DNA of 64,000 nt from a virus: the IMG/VR virus record IMGVR_UViG_3300020190_000007, positions 32,001 to 96,000 of that record. One strand, written 5' to 3'. The stretch's first letter is position 1. Each line of letters starts with the position of its first letter. Positions 52,940 through 62,961 of this stretch are shown here, piece by piece. The position numbers were made by a program, and so were the translations under genes. The notes beneath the pieces were generated by a model, which did not search any database, was not told the origin of the DNA, and was given only the letters and a program-made list of their open reading frames with translations.

Positions 52940-53452
52940 TTAAATTCCTCTAAATTCAGATTCTTGGGCTATTGCACAAGTGATGGTTCTATAATGAGGT
53001 CTGAAACCAAACATATTATGTTTATTATCTGAAGTAACCTTTCCATCGTTTACTACCGTATAGTATCTAATTCTTTCTTCTGATTCGGGATATCCAATAA
53101 AGTCACCATATCTAATATCAATATCCATTTCTTCAAGATGTTTGATGTATACGGATACTGTCATATTACCAGGTTCCAAATATCTATTTACACCTTTAGT
53201 GTATGAATTATTTTTAGGTTCTTCAATTTTAACCAATCCAAAAAATTCAGTAGGTGGTAAAAATTTAATTTGGTCTTTACCCACCTCACCATAAACATCA
53301 TCTGTGTCGGTTTTTTGTCTATCTACCCTAAATAGAACTAATTTCATACCCAAATCACCATGCAAATATTCTTCACCTAACTGAACATTTAAATCAAAAT
53401 CAGTTTCAGAAAAGAACTTACTTAGCCTGGTTATTGGTAGTTTATTTTTCAT
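52940..53452 (-). CDS. Neck / head-closure protein (T4 gp14-like)
   Basis: DDVYGE...[20 protein letters not shown] motifs; upstream of the gp15-like gene. Confidence 0.6.
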   Translation of the reverse strand: MKNKLPITRLSKFFSETDFDLNVQLGEEYLHGDLGMKLVLFRVDRQKTDTDDVYGEVGKDQIKFLPPTEFFGLVKIEEPKNNSYTKGVNRYLEPGNMTVSVYIKHLEEMDIDIRYGDFIGYPESEERIRYYTVVNDGKVTSDNKHNMFGFRPHYRTITCAIAQESEFRGI

Positions 53453-53457
53453 TTCTT

Positions 53458-53464
53458 ATAAATA
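53458..53464 (-). promoter_or_regulatory. Putative late promoter motif TATTTAT
   Basis: 5 nt before ATG at 53452. Confidence 0.55.
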
Positions 53465-53505
53465 GTTCATTTATTGATTCTATTTTAGTATATTTAATTT
53501 ATTGT

Positions 53506-55260
53506 ATGCAGAGTCAGATTCCTGAGATAGAAGCGAGAAAAATTTTATCAACTTATCAAGGTTTTAATAACCAACTAATTGAGTGGAAAAGAAAATTATC
53601 CGAAGTGAGAGGTTTTCAGTTAACAAGACCTCAAGCCGATTATGTTTTAAAATACCATGATGTGGTCCCCCGAGTTGCAAAAAAATATATTAGTATTGTT
53701 GATGGGTTTGCGGACAAGTTGATGGAATCTAAATATCTAACAAAACCACCCGAAAAAATATGGTGTGAAAAGTTATTATGTGAAAGTGATATGGCGTATC
53801 ACATATGGGGTAAAATTTTTGAAAGTGAAAAAAATTCAGCTATGTGGGTTCCCAAATCTGCTATTATACAAGAAGAAAAAAAATTAAATAGAGTAGTTGA
53901 TTATTCCCCTTACGATAATAGACCTCCATTATCACATCAAAAAACGGCGATTGAAAAATTATTAGCCAACGACAAATATATTCTCGCTGATGATATGGGA
54001 TTAGGTAAAACGACTTCAGCGATTATTGCTTCGTTAGAAAGCGGCGCAAAAAAGATTTTAATAATATGTCCAGCGTCTCTAAAGATTAATTGGCAAAGAG
54101 AAATTGAAAATTACTCAGACAAGAAAACTTTAATTGTTGAGGGTCGTAAGTGGGGTTCAACATTTAATTACTACATTATTAATTATGATATTATAAAGAA
54201 CTATCATTCAACTGATACACATGAAATTGGTCAAGAAAATACCAATTTAATAACTAATGAAAAATTTGATTTAGTAATAGTAGATGAGGCTCACTATATA
54301 TCAAATACAAGTGCTCAGAGAACTAAATTAATAAATGACATGTTAAAAAATATACCAAAAGTTTGGTTACTAACAGGCACACCCATAACCTCTAAACCAA
54401 TCAATTATTATAATCTATTAAGAATTGTAAATTCAAATGTTACATTAAATTGGCAAGGTTATGTTAAGAGATATTGTGGTGGTTACCAATTTACAGTAAA
54501 CAAAAAAAAAATATGGAACACTAACGGTGCAACAAATTTAGATGAACTTAGGATGAGAACAAAAAATCTTGTTCTGAGAAGGATGAAAACAGACATTTTG
54601 GATTTACCTGATAAAATTATTACACCAATTTTCTTAGATTTAAAAAGCACTTATTACGATGAAGAACTTGAAGACTTTTTAAGAATTACAAGTGAGGCTA
54701 AAAACAAAGAATCATTATCGGTGACAATTAATCGTTTAATGAAAGTTAGACAGATAATTTCACAAGAAAAAATTAATTACACGTGTGAGATTATTGATAA
54801 GTGTTTAGAACAGGGTAAAAAAGTAATCGTGTTTACTAATTTTACAATGTCATTGAATACGATACACGAAAAATACAAAAAGAACTCGGTAGTTTTAGAT
54901 GGTAAAATGTCCAAAGATAAAAGACAACAATCAGTTGACCGTTTTCAAAGTGAGGATAAAGTTAAGGTATTTATTTCAAATATAGTTGCGGGAGGAGTTG
55001 GTATTACCTTAACATCTGCGGAGGTTGTAATTATGAATGACCTATCATTTGTGCCCGCACATCATAGCCAAGCGGAAGACAGAGCTTTTAGGTACGGACA
55101 GAAAAAAAATGTGTTAGTATACTATCCAATTTTTGAAAACACCATAGAAAAAATAGTTTATAATATGCTTCAAAAGAAAAAGAACATTATTGACCAAGTG
55201 ATGGGTGATGGTGATTATTCTGAAAGTTTTGCCCAATCAATTCTTAAAGAGATTCTTTAA
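53506..55260 (+). CDS. SNF2-family (SMARCAL1/HARP-like) helicase
   Basis: LADDMGLGKT, ICPASLKINW, VDEAH, LTGTP, GGVGITLT and QAEDRAFRYGQ motifs. Start moved to ATG 53506 to avoid overlapping the divergent gene. Confidence 0.92.
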   Translation: MQSQIPEIEARKILSTYQGFNNQLIEWKRKLSEVRGFQLTRPQADYVLKYHDVVPRVAKKYISIVDGFADKLMESKYLTKPPEKIWCEKLLCESDMAYHIWGKIFESEKNSAMWVPKSAIIQEEKKLNRVVDYSPYDNRPPLSHQKTAIEKLLANDKYILADDMGLGKTTSAIIASLESGAKKILIICPASLKINWQREIENYSDKKTLIVEGRKWGSTFNYYIINYDIIKNYHSTDTHEIGQENTNLITNEKFDLVIVDEAHYISNTSAQRTKLINDMLKNIPKVWLLTGTPITSKPINYYNLLRIVNSNVTLNWQGYVKRYCGGYQFTVNKKKIWNTNGATNLDELRMRTKNLVLRRMKTDILDLPDKIITPIFLDLKSTYYDEELEDFLRITSEAKNKESLSVTINRLMKVRQIISQEKINYTCEIIDKCLEQGKKVIVFTNFTMSLNTIHEKYKKNSVVLDGKMSKDKRQQSVDRFQSEDKVKVFISNIVAGGVGITLTSAEVVIMNDLSFVPAHHSQAEDRAFRYGQKKNVLVYYPIFENTIEKIVYNMLQKKKNIIDQVMGDGDYSESFAQSILKEIL

Positions 55261-56385
55261 GGTATTTGTCATAAAGTCAATATCTTCTTTTTTCTGAGAA
55301 ATACTATTAATTATTTCAATCCATGTATCGTGAATTTTATTGATATCAAAATTTTCGACACTTGAAGGTAAACTCACACAAACTTTTCTTTCTTCTTCTA
55401 TAAAATTTAAGTTTGTGTTTTCAGAAACTTCAAGAGAAAACTCTACATCGTTTTTTGAACAATACATAAAAAACTCAAAGAAAATTTTTGAGTTAAAAAC
55501 ATCATCAATTTTTTCTTCCATAAGTACATTATTTTTGTTATATGTATACCAACCATTTAATTCGGGTATAATTGTATCTTCTTTAAGATGTAAAAAAACC
55601 ATTCTCGTTGGGCTCACAGTATGAAATCTAAAATCATAGTTCAATGATACCAAAACCAAAAAATCAATGTTTTTACCAATGTAGTCCTTTACATCTATTA
55701 TGTTTTTAAAACTATCACCTTGAAATTTAACAACCTTACTTTGAATCCTTTTTACTTTTGTGTCATCCTTATTATTCACCGTGAACAAATCACAACCATT
55801 AATCATATCTATCAAAGAACCTCTATATAAAGATGTCCTGTAAATATTCACCGATTTTACATTTTTTTTAAAATAGTACTCAATACATAATTCTGCAAAC
55901 GTACCTATTCCCATAGTTTTCGATGCGATGTTAAAAAGTTCATATAAAAAATCATTTATCCCAATAATTTTATGGTCAATTAATATACGGTCTTTGTATT
56001 CTCTAAACCATTTAAAATAGTTAATTATTTCTTCTTCAACTGATAAACTATCATCAAAAGTGATATCCCTTAATGGTTTTCCATTTAGGTTATTAATTCC
56101 TTTAAAAAAATAATCCTGAAAAATCCATTCATTTAATTTTTCAATTATTTTTATATTGATAAGATAGTTTGTGTTAAACTGATTCACGGGTGACCAAGAA
56201 CCTTTAGGGGTTAATACACCATAAGTTCCATTTTTTTGACAAAAACCATATTGATTTTTATTAAAATAACATTCTTTAAAAACCTCTCTCCACTCACTCA
56301 AAAAAAGGTCCTTAGTGGGTCCCTTTATTGTGCAAATCTTTTTTATATGATTTTCAATGTTTTTTGAGATTTCAGCAGAATACAT
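55237..56385 (-). CDS. Putative PD-(D/E)xK-fold nuclease
   Basis: GTFAE...DMINGCDLF...RIQSK fits the E...D...QxK pattern; very AT-rich; has its own TATATTTG box. Confidence 0.5.
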   Translation of the reverse strand: MYSAEISKNIENHIKKICTIKGPTKDLFLSEWREVFKECYFNKNQYGFCQKNGTYGVLTPKGSWSPVNQFNTNYLINIKIIEKLNEWIFQDYFFKGINNLNGKPLRDITFDDSLSVEEEIINYFKWFREYKDRILIDHKIIGINDFLYELFNIASKTMGIGTFAELCIEYYFKKNVKSVNIYRTSLYRGSLIDMINGCDLFTVNNKDDTKVKRIQSKVVKFQGDSFKNIIDVKDYIGKNIDFLVLVSLNYDFRFHTVSPTRMVFLHLKEDTIIPELNGWYTYNKNNVLMEEKIDDVFNSKIFFEFFMYCSKNDVEFSLEVSENTNLNFIEEERKVCVSLPSSVENFDINKIHDTWIEIINSISQKKEDIDFMTNTLKNLFKN

Positions 56386-56404
56386 GTCATTTAAAATATT
56401 AAAA

Positions 56405-56412
56405 CAAATATA
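56405..56412 (-). promoter_or_regulatory. Bacteroidota-type -7 promoter element TATATTTG
   Basis: Exact TAnnTTTG 19 nt upstream of ATG 56385. Confidence 0.55.
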
Positions 56413-56416
56413 AAGA

Positions 56417-56423
56417 TATTTAT
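56417..56423 (+). promoter_or_regulatory. Putative late promoter motif TATTTAT (plus strand)
   Basis: 16 nt before the neck gene ATG 56440; orientation follows the gene strand. Confidence 0.55.
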
Positions 56424-56439
56424 TGATAAATAAAAATCA

Positions 56440-57558
56440 ATGTCAACCACTGTAATTTCAAATACTGAAAAACAAAAATTGTACTCGCAAGTCTTTCACT
56501 TGTTAGGTCTACCAGTTAGAGGTGTGGAACTAACGGAGGAACAGATGGACACTTTTTTGGAATTATCCGTGTCTGAGTATGAACAATACGTAAGTGATTG
56601 GTTAATTGAATCACAATGGTCAGCGCTTGCGGGTCTTAACGTTGATACACAATCATTGTCGCGAGCGTTTACAACAAGAAGTTTAGATTATGAAACACAA
56701 TACACCCATTCTTATTCCAAGATTGTTGGATTACAGACGGGAGGTAATAGTGAATTAAAAAAAGATTACATTTCATTGTCCGCAAATACACAAACTTATG
56801 TAGTACCGGCCGGTAGAGAAATTAACGAGTTGCTATGGTTCTCAAGGGCAGAATTGACCGACTCTATTGTTGACCCGTTTTTAGGTGGTTTTGGTGGTCT
56901 TGGAGGTGTGGCTTTTGGTGGTGTTGGTGGATTTGCACAACAAGGCGCGTCTGGCTCATATTTCTTATTACCCGCTTATGATTTACTTTTAAGAATGGGT
57001 GATAGAAATATTAAAAATCGTTTAATAGGTGGCGACTTAACATATAGAATTACAGCAGGACCTAACGGAACGAAAATAGTTCACTTATATAACGTACCGG
57101 GTGGCAGATTTGATTTTGGTTCAATTCAAAATAATAGACAAAAAGTTTGGTATTGGTATTATGACACTACAGACCCTGATACGTGTTTAGATAAAAATAG
57201 TGGTATAGTAAAATTACCATCAGATGTAGAAACCGAAGAACTAACTTGGGATATGTTAAATAAACCTGCACAAAACTGGGTTAGAAAATACTTGATTGCA
57301 TATTCTAAAGAGGGTTTAGGTAGGATATATGGTAAATTTTCAGGTGATTTACAAGTGCCCGATAGCTCGGTAAAATTAGATTATTCAAGTCTGCTCCAAG
57401 AAGGTAAAGACGAAAAATTAAAACTGATAGAGGAATTAATGAATCGTTTAGAAAGACTAAGACCCGACAAATTATTGGAAAGAAAAGGTATGGAAGCTGA
57501 AAACATAAACAAAGCTCTTAAATACAGACCTTTCCAATCACCATTTAACGTTATATAA
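56440..57558 (+). CDS. Neck protein (T4 gp13-like head-tail adaptor)
   Basis: LGLPVRGVELTEEQMD N-terminus and WVRKYLIAYSKEGLGRIYGKFSG...VKLDYSSLLQEGKDEK C-terminus. Confidence 0.8.
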   Translation: MSTTVISNTEKQKLYSQVFHLLGLPVRGVELTEEQMDTFLELSVSEYEQYVSDWLIESQWSALAGLNVDTQSLSRAFTTRSLDYETQYTHSYSKIVGLQTGGNSELKKDYISLSANTQTYVVPAGREINELLWFSRAELTDSIVDPFLGGFGGLGGVAFGGVGGFAQQGASGSYFLLPAYDLLLRMGDRNIKNRLIGGDLTYRITAGPNGTKIVHLYNVPGGRFDFGSIQNNRQKVWYWYYDTTDPDTCLDKNSGIVKLPSDVETEELTWDMLNKPAQNWVRKYLIAYSKEGLGRIYGKFSGDLQVPDSSVKLDYSSLLQEGKDEKLKLIEELMNRLERLRPDKLLERKGMEAENINKALKYRPFQSPFNVI

Positions 57559-57559
57559 T

Positions 57560-60457
57560 TCAGATATTAGTTGCGTGGTAAGCGAAATCGTTACCATTTG
57601 TTTGTATTATTTCGTCTTCATTACTCCTAATACTTTCGGCTTGAAGAGAAACTACCTTTCTATTTAAATCAACCCAATATGGGTCAGCAAGATTTAAACT
57701 ATCTTCTACATACATAAAAAATGGGTCCTTATTTACTCTATTCCAAAACAAAACTTCACTGTCAGAAAGAGTCATGACATCATCGTATTTGTCTTGGCCA
57801 TCTTCTTTTAATGGGAATCCACCCACTAATTCACATTGTGTTCTGGTAAAATACTGTCTATCCTCAGGTTTTTCAACCAAAATATCGTGACGTATTTCAG
57901 GTTTAAAGACAACTAAAAGTGTTTCGATTCTTTTGTTAAAATTGGTCAAATATCTAGACACATTATAATTTCCCGTCATATCTGGATTGTCAGATAATTC
58001 TTTTTCAGAAATCATATAACAATTGATTTGAATGTAATTATCTGGCATTGGTTTACCATTTTGTTGAGTAAACTCTTCCTGTTGTTTTTTACTTGGTTTA
58101 GTTATCTTTTGCACATCGCCATCAGATTTATTCTGACCATTATTAATATAATAAATTGTCTCACCAAGAGTTGCGGGGTAGTTATTTTTAATAACCAATT
58201 CCATATGTGCTTGACGAGACATTAATGACCCCGCTTTTGTTGTTTTCTTGATGTGTTTCTTATAATCCTCTACCGATTGTTTAACACGAGATTTGTTAGC
58301 CATTTTAGACAATGGTATTTTTTTATCATAAATTTCTTGAACATATTTGTAATAAAGTTCAACAAAAGACAATCCATCACCATTTAATAAATGTTTTAAA
58401 CCCTCATCCAAAAATTCAACAACATACTGTTGTAGTTTTTTTGATTTAATCGTATTTCCGGTTAATTTAATCTTCTCTTTTCCCTTCTTAATAATTTTGA
58501 TGATGTAGTTTTTTCTTGATACATTAATACAAGCCGGTGCGGTGTAATCAATATCAAGACCCATTTCATTTCTCATAAATGTATCATTAAATTCTGCGGT
58601 GTCGGCTTCAATACCCACATATTCTATACCATCTTGTACTAATTCATTTAAACCTTTACCAACGTAAATGTGGGTATCAACATCATCAGGAGTAGAAAAA
58701 TTTACTCCGTCCGTATCCATAACCAATGGAACATAACCTTTTTTCTCAAAAAACATAATCATCATACGGAGACATTGACGGCCAGTACAAGTAATTGTTT
58801 CACCCATATTCATATCGCCCCACGGAAATACTTGAGGAGCCGATAATGAACCAAAATATGCATTAATGAAAATTTTAATTGGTAATTGTTTACGGTCATA
58901 CATTTCGGCCTCATCTGGATTTGATTTTGATAATTGACTTGCGAGTCTTTTGTATTTGATACGAATGTTTCGGAAATACTTTAACATTGATTTCTGAACA
59001 CCCATAACATCACACTCAGGAAAAACATCATAAACCAATTGAATTGATGGATAAAGTGAAGCATAGTCAAACTTCACAATATTCTTAGAGTATCCAACAT
59101 TCAATAGTCTTGAAAGACCCCCTGTGATTGCTCTTTTCTCATCTTTAGTAGGAATTGCTAACCCATTTTCATACGACCACGCTAACATGATAATTTTCCA
59201 AAGAGTCGCTGTACCCATGGTTGCAATTCTTTCATAAGTGGTTGGTACCAATTTAGATAGTAAAAATGTTGATTGTGAAAATGAATCATCAACAATCATT
59301 GTTTCATATAAGTCATCGTCAAGATATTGTTCCACAATTCTTTGACCGGGCCATATTTCATACTTATTTGGGTACTTGTCCAATAAGTTTTCGGTACCAA
59401 GTTCACCAATTCTTTTATATTTACCTGTTTTAGGATTAACGTAATAACTATGGTTTTCTAAATATATTTTGGAAATGAACGCACCATCAACATACACTCT
59501 ATTAGGTTTTTCTTTCTCTAAATACTGAGTGATATATTTCAATCCCCAAGATTTAATTTCTGAATTGATTGCTTGGGCTCTTCTAACCGCGTGTGAGATG
59601 TCTACAATATTGTGACCCCAAATCACGTGTTGTGTATAAGGTTCAATTTCGTTTGCTAATTTAAGTAGACCCTCTTTTTGTTTAATACCATCAGATGTCA
59701 ATATTGAAGTACACTCAACAATGTCAACACCTAAAATTTCCGCTCTTTTAAGTATAAATGGAAAGTCAAATGATGCTGAGTTATAACCACCAATAATTGT
59801 TGGTTTCAATTCTTTTATGATTTCAAAAAACTCCTCAATACATTTCTTTTCACCATCAGGACCAAAAGCGGAGATTGTTTTTTGTAAACCACGATTGTCT
59901 TTAACTCCAATAAGAATTATCTCATTAGTTATTGGTTCAAGACCAGTGGTCTCAATATCAAATACAAATCTGTGTACACCCGAGTAATCATCAATACCCT
60001 TGAAAAGTCTTTTTTTCTTTTGAATTAGATATTGTTCAACAGGAGACAATATAGTAAATAGATGTTTAAACTTATCACCCCATGGGTCAACTCCACCCTG
60101 TTTGAAAAAATTGATTAGTTCTCGGTATCCTTTTAAACTCTTTATCAAATAGTTTTGACCATTTTCGAGCCTTTCGTTACCGTAAGTCTTAAGTTTATCA
60201 ATAATAATCCCATATTCACCCATTTTTTTCTTTTGAGTGGATTTACTACCTTGATAAAAATTACAAGAACTTAAATCGCCAACCCAAAGGAATGGCGTGA
60301 AAGAATCTGGTTTAACCAATTTACCCCTTTCAGGGTCTTGAATAATTTTGTAAATTTTGTTGTTTTGATAATCGTATTCAACCCCAACAATAAATTCTTC
60401 AGGGTCCCACCCGTTTAAAAAGTTCTCGATTACCTCTTGAGAAATAACTTCTGACAT
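57560..60457 (-). CDS. polB: Family B DNA polymerase with 3'-5' exonuclease
   Basis: ExoI FDIETTG, ExoII GYNSASFDFPF, motif A DYASLYPS, motif B KIFINAYFG, motif C MDTDG, RKNY. Confidence 0.95.
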   Translation of the reverse strand: MSEVISQEVIENFLNGWDPEEFIVGVEYDYQNNKIYKIIQDPERGKLVKPDSFTPFLWVGDLSSCNFYQGSKSTQKKKMGEYGIIIDKLKTYGNERLENGQNYLIKSLKGYRELINFFKQGGVDPWGDKFKHLFTILSPVEQYLIQKKKRLFKGIDDYSGVHRFVFDIETTGLEPITNEIILIGVKDNRGLQKTISAFGPDGEKKCIEEFFEIIKELKPTIIGGYNSASFDFPFILKRAEILGVDIVECTSILTSDGIKQKEGLLKLANEIEPYTQHVIWGHNIVDISHAVRRAQAINSEIKSWGLKYITQYLEKEKPNRVYVDGAFISKIYLENHSYYVNPKTGKYKRIGELGTENLLDKYPNKYEIWPGQRIVEQYLDDDLYETMIVDDSFSQSTFLLSKLVPTTYERIATMGTATLWKIIMLAWSYENGLAIPTKDEKRAITGGLSRLLNVGYSKNIVKFDYASLYPSIQLVYDVFPECDVMGVQKSMLKYFRNIRIKYKRLASQLSKSNPDEAEMYDRKQLPIKIFINAYFGSLSAPQVFPWGDMNMGETITCTGRQCLRMMIMFFEKKGYVPLVMDTDGVNFSTPDDVDTHIYVGKGLNELVQDGIEYVGIEADTAEFNDTFMRNEMGLDIDYTAPACINVSRKNYIIKIIKKGKEKIKLTGNTIKSKKLQQYVVEFLDEGLKHLLNGDGLSFVELYYKYVQEIYDKKIPLSKMANKSRVKQSVEDYKKHIKKTTKAGSLMSRQAHMELVIKNNYPATLGETIYYINNGQNKSDGDVQKITKPSKKQQEEFTQQNGKPMPDNYIQINCYMISEKELSDNPDMTGNYNVSRYLTNFNKRIETLLVVFKPEIRHDILVEKPEDRQYFTRTQCELVGGFPLKEDGQDKYDDVMTLSDSEVLFWNRVNKDPFFMYVEDSLNLADPYWVDLNRKVVSLQAESIRSNEDEIIQTNGNDFAYHATNI

Positions 60458-60518
60458 ATCATATAAATTTGTTTTGACACATTTGCTTACAACAAAATGT
60501 TGTAGTTTGTCTTACTAA

Positions 60519-60526
60519 CAAATATA
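60519..60526 (-). promoter_or_regulatory. Bacteroidota-type -7 promoter element TATATTTG for the DNA polymerase
   Basis: TTTCG-TATATTTG about 60 nt upstream of the polB start. Confidence 0.6.
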
Positions 60527-60544
60527 CGAAACTTTTCTCACATC

Positions 60545-60913
60545 TTAAAAAATGGTAATAAATAGTTTTTCTTTAACGGGAAGTATCAGTTTTGTGGTTG
60601 GATTTAAACTTGTATTTAAAAATTGAACGGTTATTTTACCTTCGTATTTACCAACTATAGCGGTTTGAGATTCGGTAAATTGATGAGTGATATAATATTC
60701 GTCGGTCGTTTGATTGTATTTTTTATCTCTTGTTGTAATCAAACATGTGGAGTTCAATATCTCGGGTTCACCCGTTTCCACATCGTACATATCAAAAGTA
60801 ATGTCACAACTTTCTAACATGTCATTAAATCCTGACTTATCATTTTTTCCATCATCAATAAGTCTCATTTTTAAAATTGGTTGCGACGCTCCCTGTCTTA
60901 TAAAAAATTCCAT
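60545..60913 (-). CDS. BppU-like beta-sandwich virion protein
   Basis: FFIRQGASQPILKMRLID...HQFTESQTAIVGKYEGKITV pattern; TATTTAT at 60919-60925. Confidence 0.55.
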   Translation of the reverse strand: MEFFIRQGASQPILKMRLIDDGKNDKSGFNDMLESCDITFDMYDVETGEPEILNSTCLITTRDKKYNQTTDEYYITHQFTESQTAIVGKYEGKITVQFLNTSLNPTTKLILPVKEKLFITIF

Positions 60914-60997
60914 ATTTTATAAATATTTTAAAATTAGTAAATTATTATTATTTAACAGATTCAACTTCAGAACAACAAAATGCACTAATAGGGCCGA

Positions 60998-61180
60998 TTA
61001 CTTATAGTGGTTGTATAATGTACTACTAGCTCTTCTGTTTGAAATTGGTGTGGGATATCTACCTGAAACAGGTTTGTTCGCACCACTATAAGTCTTACTT
61101 GGTCGTGGCATGTTAATCTGAGCCTTCATTTGTTTTTGAAGGTACTCAGCAATATCCAACATCATTCCATCAACCGCCAT
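60998..61180 (-). CDS. Short hypothetical protein, possibly a truncated gene
   Basis: Starts 3 nt after the upstream stop; ends shortly after RASSTLYN. Confidence 0.45.
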   Translation of the reverse strand: MAVDGMMLDIAEYLQKQMKAQINMPRPSKTYSGANKPVSGRYPTPISNRRASSTLYNHYK

Positions 61181-61183
61181 AGA

Positions 61184-62905
61184 TTAGTAAATTACAATAT
61201 AGTTAGGGCATGGGTCAAACACAGAGTTAATTGTTACTGATACAAGATTTTCACCAGGTATTAACGAATTGATATTAACTTGTTTGTGATGCTGGTTTGT
61301 TGACATAACTGTCGTAGCGTTTGCTGTCCCACCTAAACTACCCAAAACACTAAAGTTTATTGTGACATTACATAACGCTTGTGCTGGTATTGTATGACCG
61401 CTGTCTTCCCATAAATGGAAATCTGCGTTATTATTATTCAATCTAACCCCCGTTAAGTATTGGGTTGTTATAGAAGTAGATGTCGGGGTTGGAGTGGGAG
61501 TAGGAGTCGCAGTTGGTGTAATTGAAGGAGTCGGTGTAGAGGTTGTTGTTAAAGAGGTCATACTATCAATACAATCTGTGACACACTCAGTTATATTATA
61601 ATATGGTTTAGTGGATACTAAATAATTGTGACTAACTCTAACAAAATTTAATGGTTCTTCATAGTATCTAATTCTTTTATAATTAAAACATGAAATTCCC
61701 ATATTATGTATTCCTCCCGAATATTGGGTACCACCCGCCCACGATTGAATCATAGGTTGATACCCCCTTGTTGAGGGTATAACTTCCTCCCACCCTTTTA
61801 ATTTATATATTGTTCTACCATTTAAGTAAATTTTCAAAGTACCCACTCTTCTTCCTCTTTCTAAAGCCCATTTTTTATTTAAAACTTCAATGTCTTCAAA
61901 TGTTGGGGTGGCTCCGGTTAACCAATCACTAATTGCGGTTGTAAGTGTTCGTCCAGTAATTAAATCGTTCCAACCACCATCATTTTCTATTCTACAATCT
62001 GTATAATATTTGTCTCTTTCAAAAGAAATTGTGATATTAAAATCATTTGACGTTCCGTCTGTACATAAAACAGGTGTTTGTCCTGAGGAAGTATAAAAGG
62101 TTTCGGTGAATCCGCTATTTGTTACACATATTCCCGAATATCTAATTGACCTCCATTGTATTCTACCATCATTTGTAAATGAAAATGATAAATTATTATC
62201 GGCATAATCTAATAAATCGTTCTCACCACGAACACCTAAATAATAAATAGTTCTACCGCTTATCCAATCTAAACCATTTCTATTTAGTACTAGGTCAATA
62301 GTCCAACCTTTTTCTGTTCTTCTATGTACTTTATATGAACAGTTATCAGCGCCGGCACCGTGGTTAATTTGATAAGCCCATGGTTTCGCTTCGGGTATGG
62401 AATCTTGAGGGCAACAATTATCTGTATCGGCTAATTTAGCGACACAAGCGTAAGACGCTCCCGTTATTCCTGTTGTGAAACCTGAAGTGTTGAGTGAAAA
62501 TGGGTTTGAAATTGAATTATTGTATCCGTTATTCCTCAAATAGTGAGTATTACTATAAAGTTTGTAAGAGTATACGTCGTTTTGTAAAATAATATCTGAA
62601 TTTCCTAATGTGTTGGTAAACGCCGAGTAACTTAAAGTCCAAGTTAATGCAGAATACGTGTAACCACTGTCATTCACACTATTGTTATACTCAATTAAAG
62701 ATATCGTATCTCTAACGCAATCAGTGTTTTGTAGCGATGTTGTATTAATTGTTAGTGCGGTATAAGTTATGGCGGTATTTAAATCTAAAACTAATTCATC
62801 ATAGTCGTCTTGAGTTTTTGATATTTCATAATCATAGTACTCCGATGAATCTAATTGTAAATCTAACCTACTACCATAATATTTGAGTATGTTTTGACTA
62901 TTCAT
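61184..62905 (-). CDS. Virion protein with concanavalin A/LamG-like domain, PT linker and C-terminal beta domain
   Basis: GWTIDLV...LSFSFTNDGRIQWR...GTLKIYLNGR...IRYYEEPL pattern; [18 protein letters not shown] linker; TATTTAT at 62914-62920. Confidence 0.55.
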   Translation of the reverse strand: MNSQNILKYYGSRLDLQLDSSEYYDYEISKTQDDYDELVLDLNTAITYTALTINTTSLQNTDCVRDTISLIEYNNSVNDSGYTYSALTWTLSYSAFTNTLGNSDIILQNDVYSYKLYSNTHYLRNNGYNNSISNPFSLNTSGFTTGITGASYACVAKLADTDNCCPQDSIPEAKPWAYQINHGAGADNCSYKVHRRTEKGWTIDLVLNRNGLDWISGRTIYYLGVRGENDLLDYADNNLSFSFTNDGRIQWRSIRYSGICVTNSGFTETFYTSSGQTPVLCTDGTSNDFNITISFERDKYYTDCRIENDGGWNDLITGRTLTTAISDWLTGATPTFEDIEVLNKKWALERGRRVGTLKIYLNGRTIYKLKGWEEVIPSTRGYQPMIQSWAGGTQYSGGIHNMGISCFNYKRIRYYEEPLNFVRVSHNYLVSTKPYYNITECVTDCIDSMTSLTTTSTPTPSITPTATPTPTPTPTSTSITTQYLTGVRLNNNNADFHLWEDSGHTIPAQALCNVTINFSVLGSLGGTANATTVMSTNQHHKQVNINSLIPGENLVSVTINSVFDPCPNYIVIY

Positions 62906-62961
62906 GCTATTCTATAAATATCTTTCCTTTCTTTTGATATTTATTATAAAAAGATTATTGC

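Noticed and set aside
53434-53505. Hydrophobic N-terminal extension of the SNF2 helicase
   Set aside because: It overlaps the divergent gene start and promoter region; ATG 53506 is more plausible.
58700-58730. Polymerase motif C reading MDTDG rather than YGDTDS
   Set aside because: Both catalytic aspartates are retained; this is within plausible family B variation.
23179-60457. Inteins or introns in nrdA, the helicase or polB
   Set aside because: Lengths and motif spacing look ordinary, and no intein splice motifs or frame interruptions were seen.
61000-61093. 12-bp inverted repeat ACTTATAGTGGT/ACCACTATAAGT as an invertible switch
   Set aside because: Inverting the segment gives an earlier stop, no site-specific recombinase is visible, and about one such repeat is expected by chance in 64 kb of AT-rich DNA.
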